Below, piece by piece: positions 43,801 to 44,393 of a stretch of DNA of 44,393 nucleotides. How positions within the stretch are numbered: position 1 is the first letter of the stretch; each line of letters starts with the position of its first letter. Under the pieces are notes generated by a model that worked only from the letters and a program-made list of their open reading frames with translations, was not told the DNA's origin and did no database searches. This stretch comes from a gamma proteobacterium symbiont of Bathyaustriella thionipta. Lineage in GTDB: Bacteria > Pseudomonadota > Gammaproteobacteria > GRL18. Position numbers and translations under genes: made by a program. The DNA lies in assembly GCA_025656775.1 (NCBI GenBank), contig JAHXHI010000207.1:1-44393 (forward strand), read 5' to 3'.

Positions 43801-44241
43801 TTAGTGAGTATTATTTTGATCCAGAACATCATCTTCAGGTCGACCGTATTTCCGTCCCGTATAAGTTAAAACCATTACAGATAGACTCAAAATAACAATG
43901 GATGCACTGATACTTAATAATAAATAGAGGTGGAAGTCGCTCGCCACTTTTTGCACATCAATGACCAGATGTCGTGACAGGGCCGTAATGGCAATATAGA
44001 TTAGAAACTGTACGGGTAAGCGATGTGTTTTAAAATAAATACCTACCATTGCACCCAGTTCAAGGTAAATAAAAAGCAGTAAAATATCTTTTAACTTGGC
44101 ATGTCCTGCATCCATTATGTGAAGATATTCATAAATAGCTGACCAGACAATAGTACCCCCAATTATAAATAATGCCAGATAATGAAAAATATCCACCATC
44201 GTATCACCAATGCTCTGAATTTTGTCTGTTGTTTTACTCAT
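43801..44241 (-). CDS. Phosphate-starvation-inducible PsiE-family membrane protein
   Basis: Four TM segments, DILLLFIYLELGAMVGIYFK..RLPV.FLIYIAITALSR motif. Confidence 0.88.
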   Translation of the reverse strand: MSKTTDKIQSIGDTMVDIFHYLALFIIGGTIVWSAIYEYLHIMDAGHAKLKDILLLFIYLELGAMVGIYFKTHRLPVQFLIYIAITALSRHLVIDVQKVASDFHLYLLLSISASIVILSLSVMVLTYTGRKYGRPEDDVLDQNNTH

Positions 44242-44303
44242 CTTACCCCCGGTTTAAAGTTTGGATTATGGTCACTATTCAGTTTTCAGTCGTTCTCTAA
44301 TTG

Positions 44304-44393
44304 GTAAACGCTTAATGAGCAGCGTTCTTGACTTTATCTAATGCTGATTTTTAAAATTCCAGGGAAGCAACTCTTCCAGTTTTTCCACCGTAT
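44304..44393 (-). mobile_element. IS66-family insertion sequence, right end (truncated by the window edge)
   Basis: The minus strand encodes TVEKLEELLPWNFKNQH* (stop at 44340-44338), the LLPWN C-terminal motif of IS66 TnpC. About 34 bp later it ends in ...GCGTTTAC (plus strand GTAAACGC at 44304), matching the GTAA-type IS66 terminal repeat. Confidence 0.85.

Overview
AT-rich gammaproteobacterial chromosomal segment, mostly conserved housekeeping genes. On the minus strand, map-glnD is divergent from a long plus-strand run: rpsB-tsf-pyrH-frr-uppS-cdsA-dxr-rseP-bamA-skp-lpxD-fabZ-lpxA-lpxB-rnhB-dnaE, then accA-tilS-pyrG-kdsA-eno-ftsB-ispD-ispF-truD. Three departures from the usual backbone stand out. 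(1) The lysine/diaminopimelate locus is rewired: a lysA + dapL (LL-DAP aminotransferase) pair of non-gammaproteobacterial appearance sits between glnD and dapC, dapD and dapE are not in the window, and a pair of mutually exclusive hairpins marks the glnD-lysA junction. (2) A Gram-negative (class GN, marine proteobacterial) sortase and its VIT-vWA substrate lie between dnaE/yqaA and accA. The substrate has an FPQTAT sorting signal, phased direct repeats upstream, a decayed SDR-like gene coupled downstream and no adjacent pdsO/R/S genes. (3) The right edge of the window is the 3' end and terminal repeat of an IS66 element. Smaller items are a 4x9-bp in-frame repeat in pyrG and an rpsB (t44) leader with an expanded loop. 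I see no CRISPR array, tRNA, rRNA or prophage. I cannot show a wholly undescribed system from sequence alone; the dapL/lysA cassette and the stand-alone sortase module are the best leads. All family calls come from motif recognition, not database searches.
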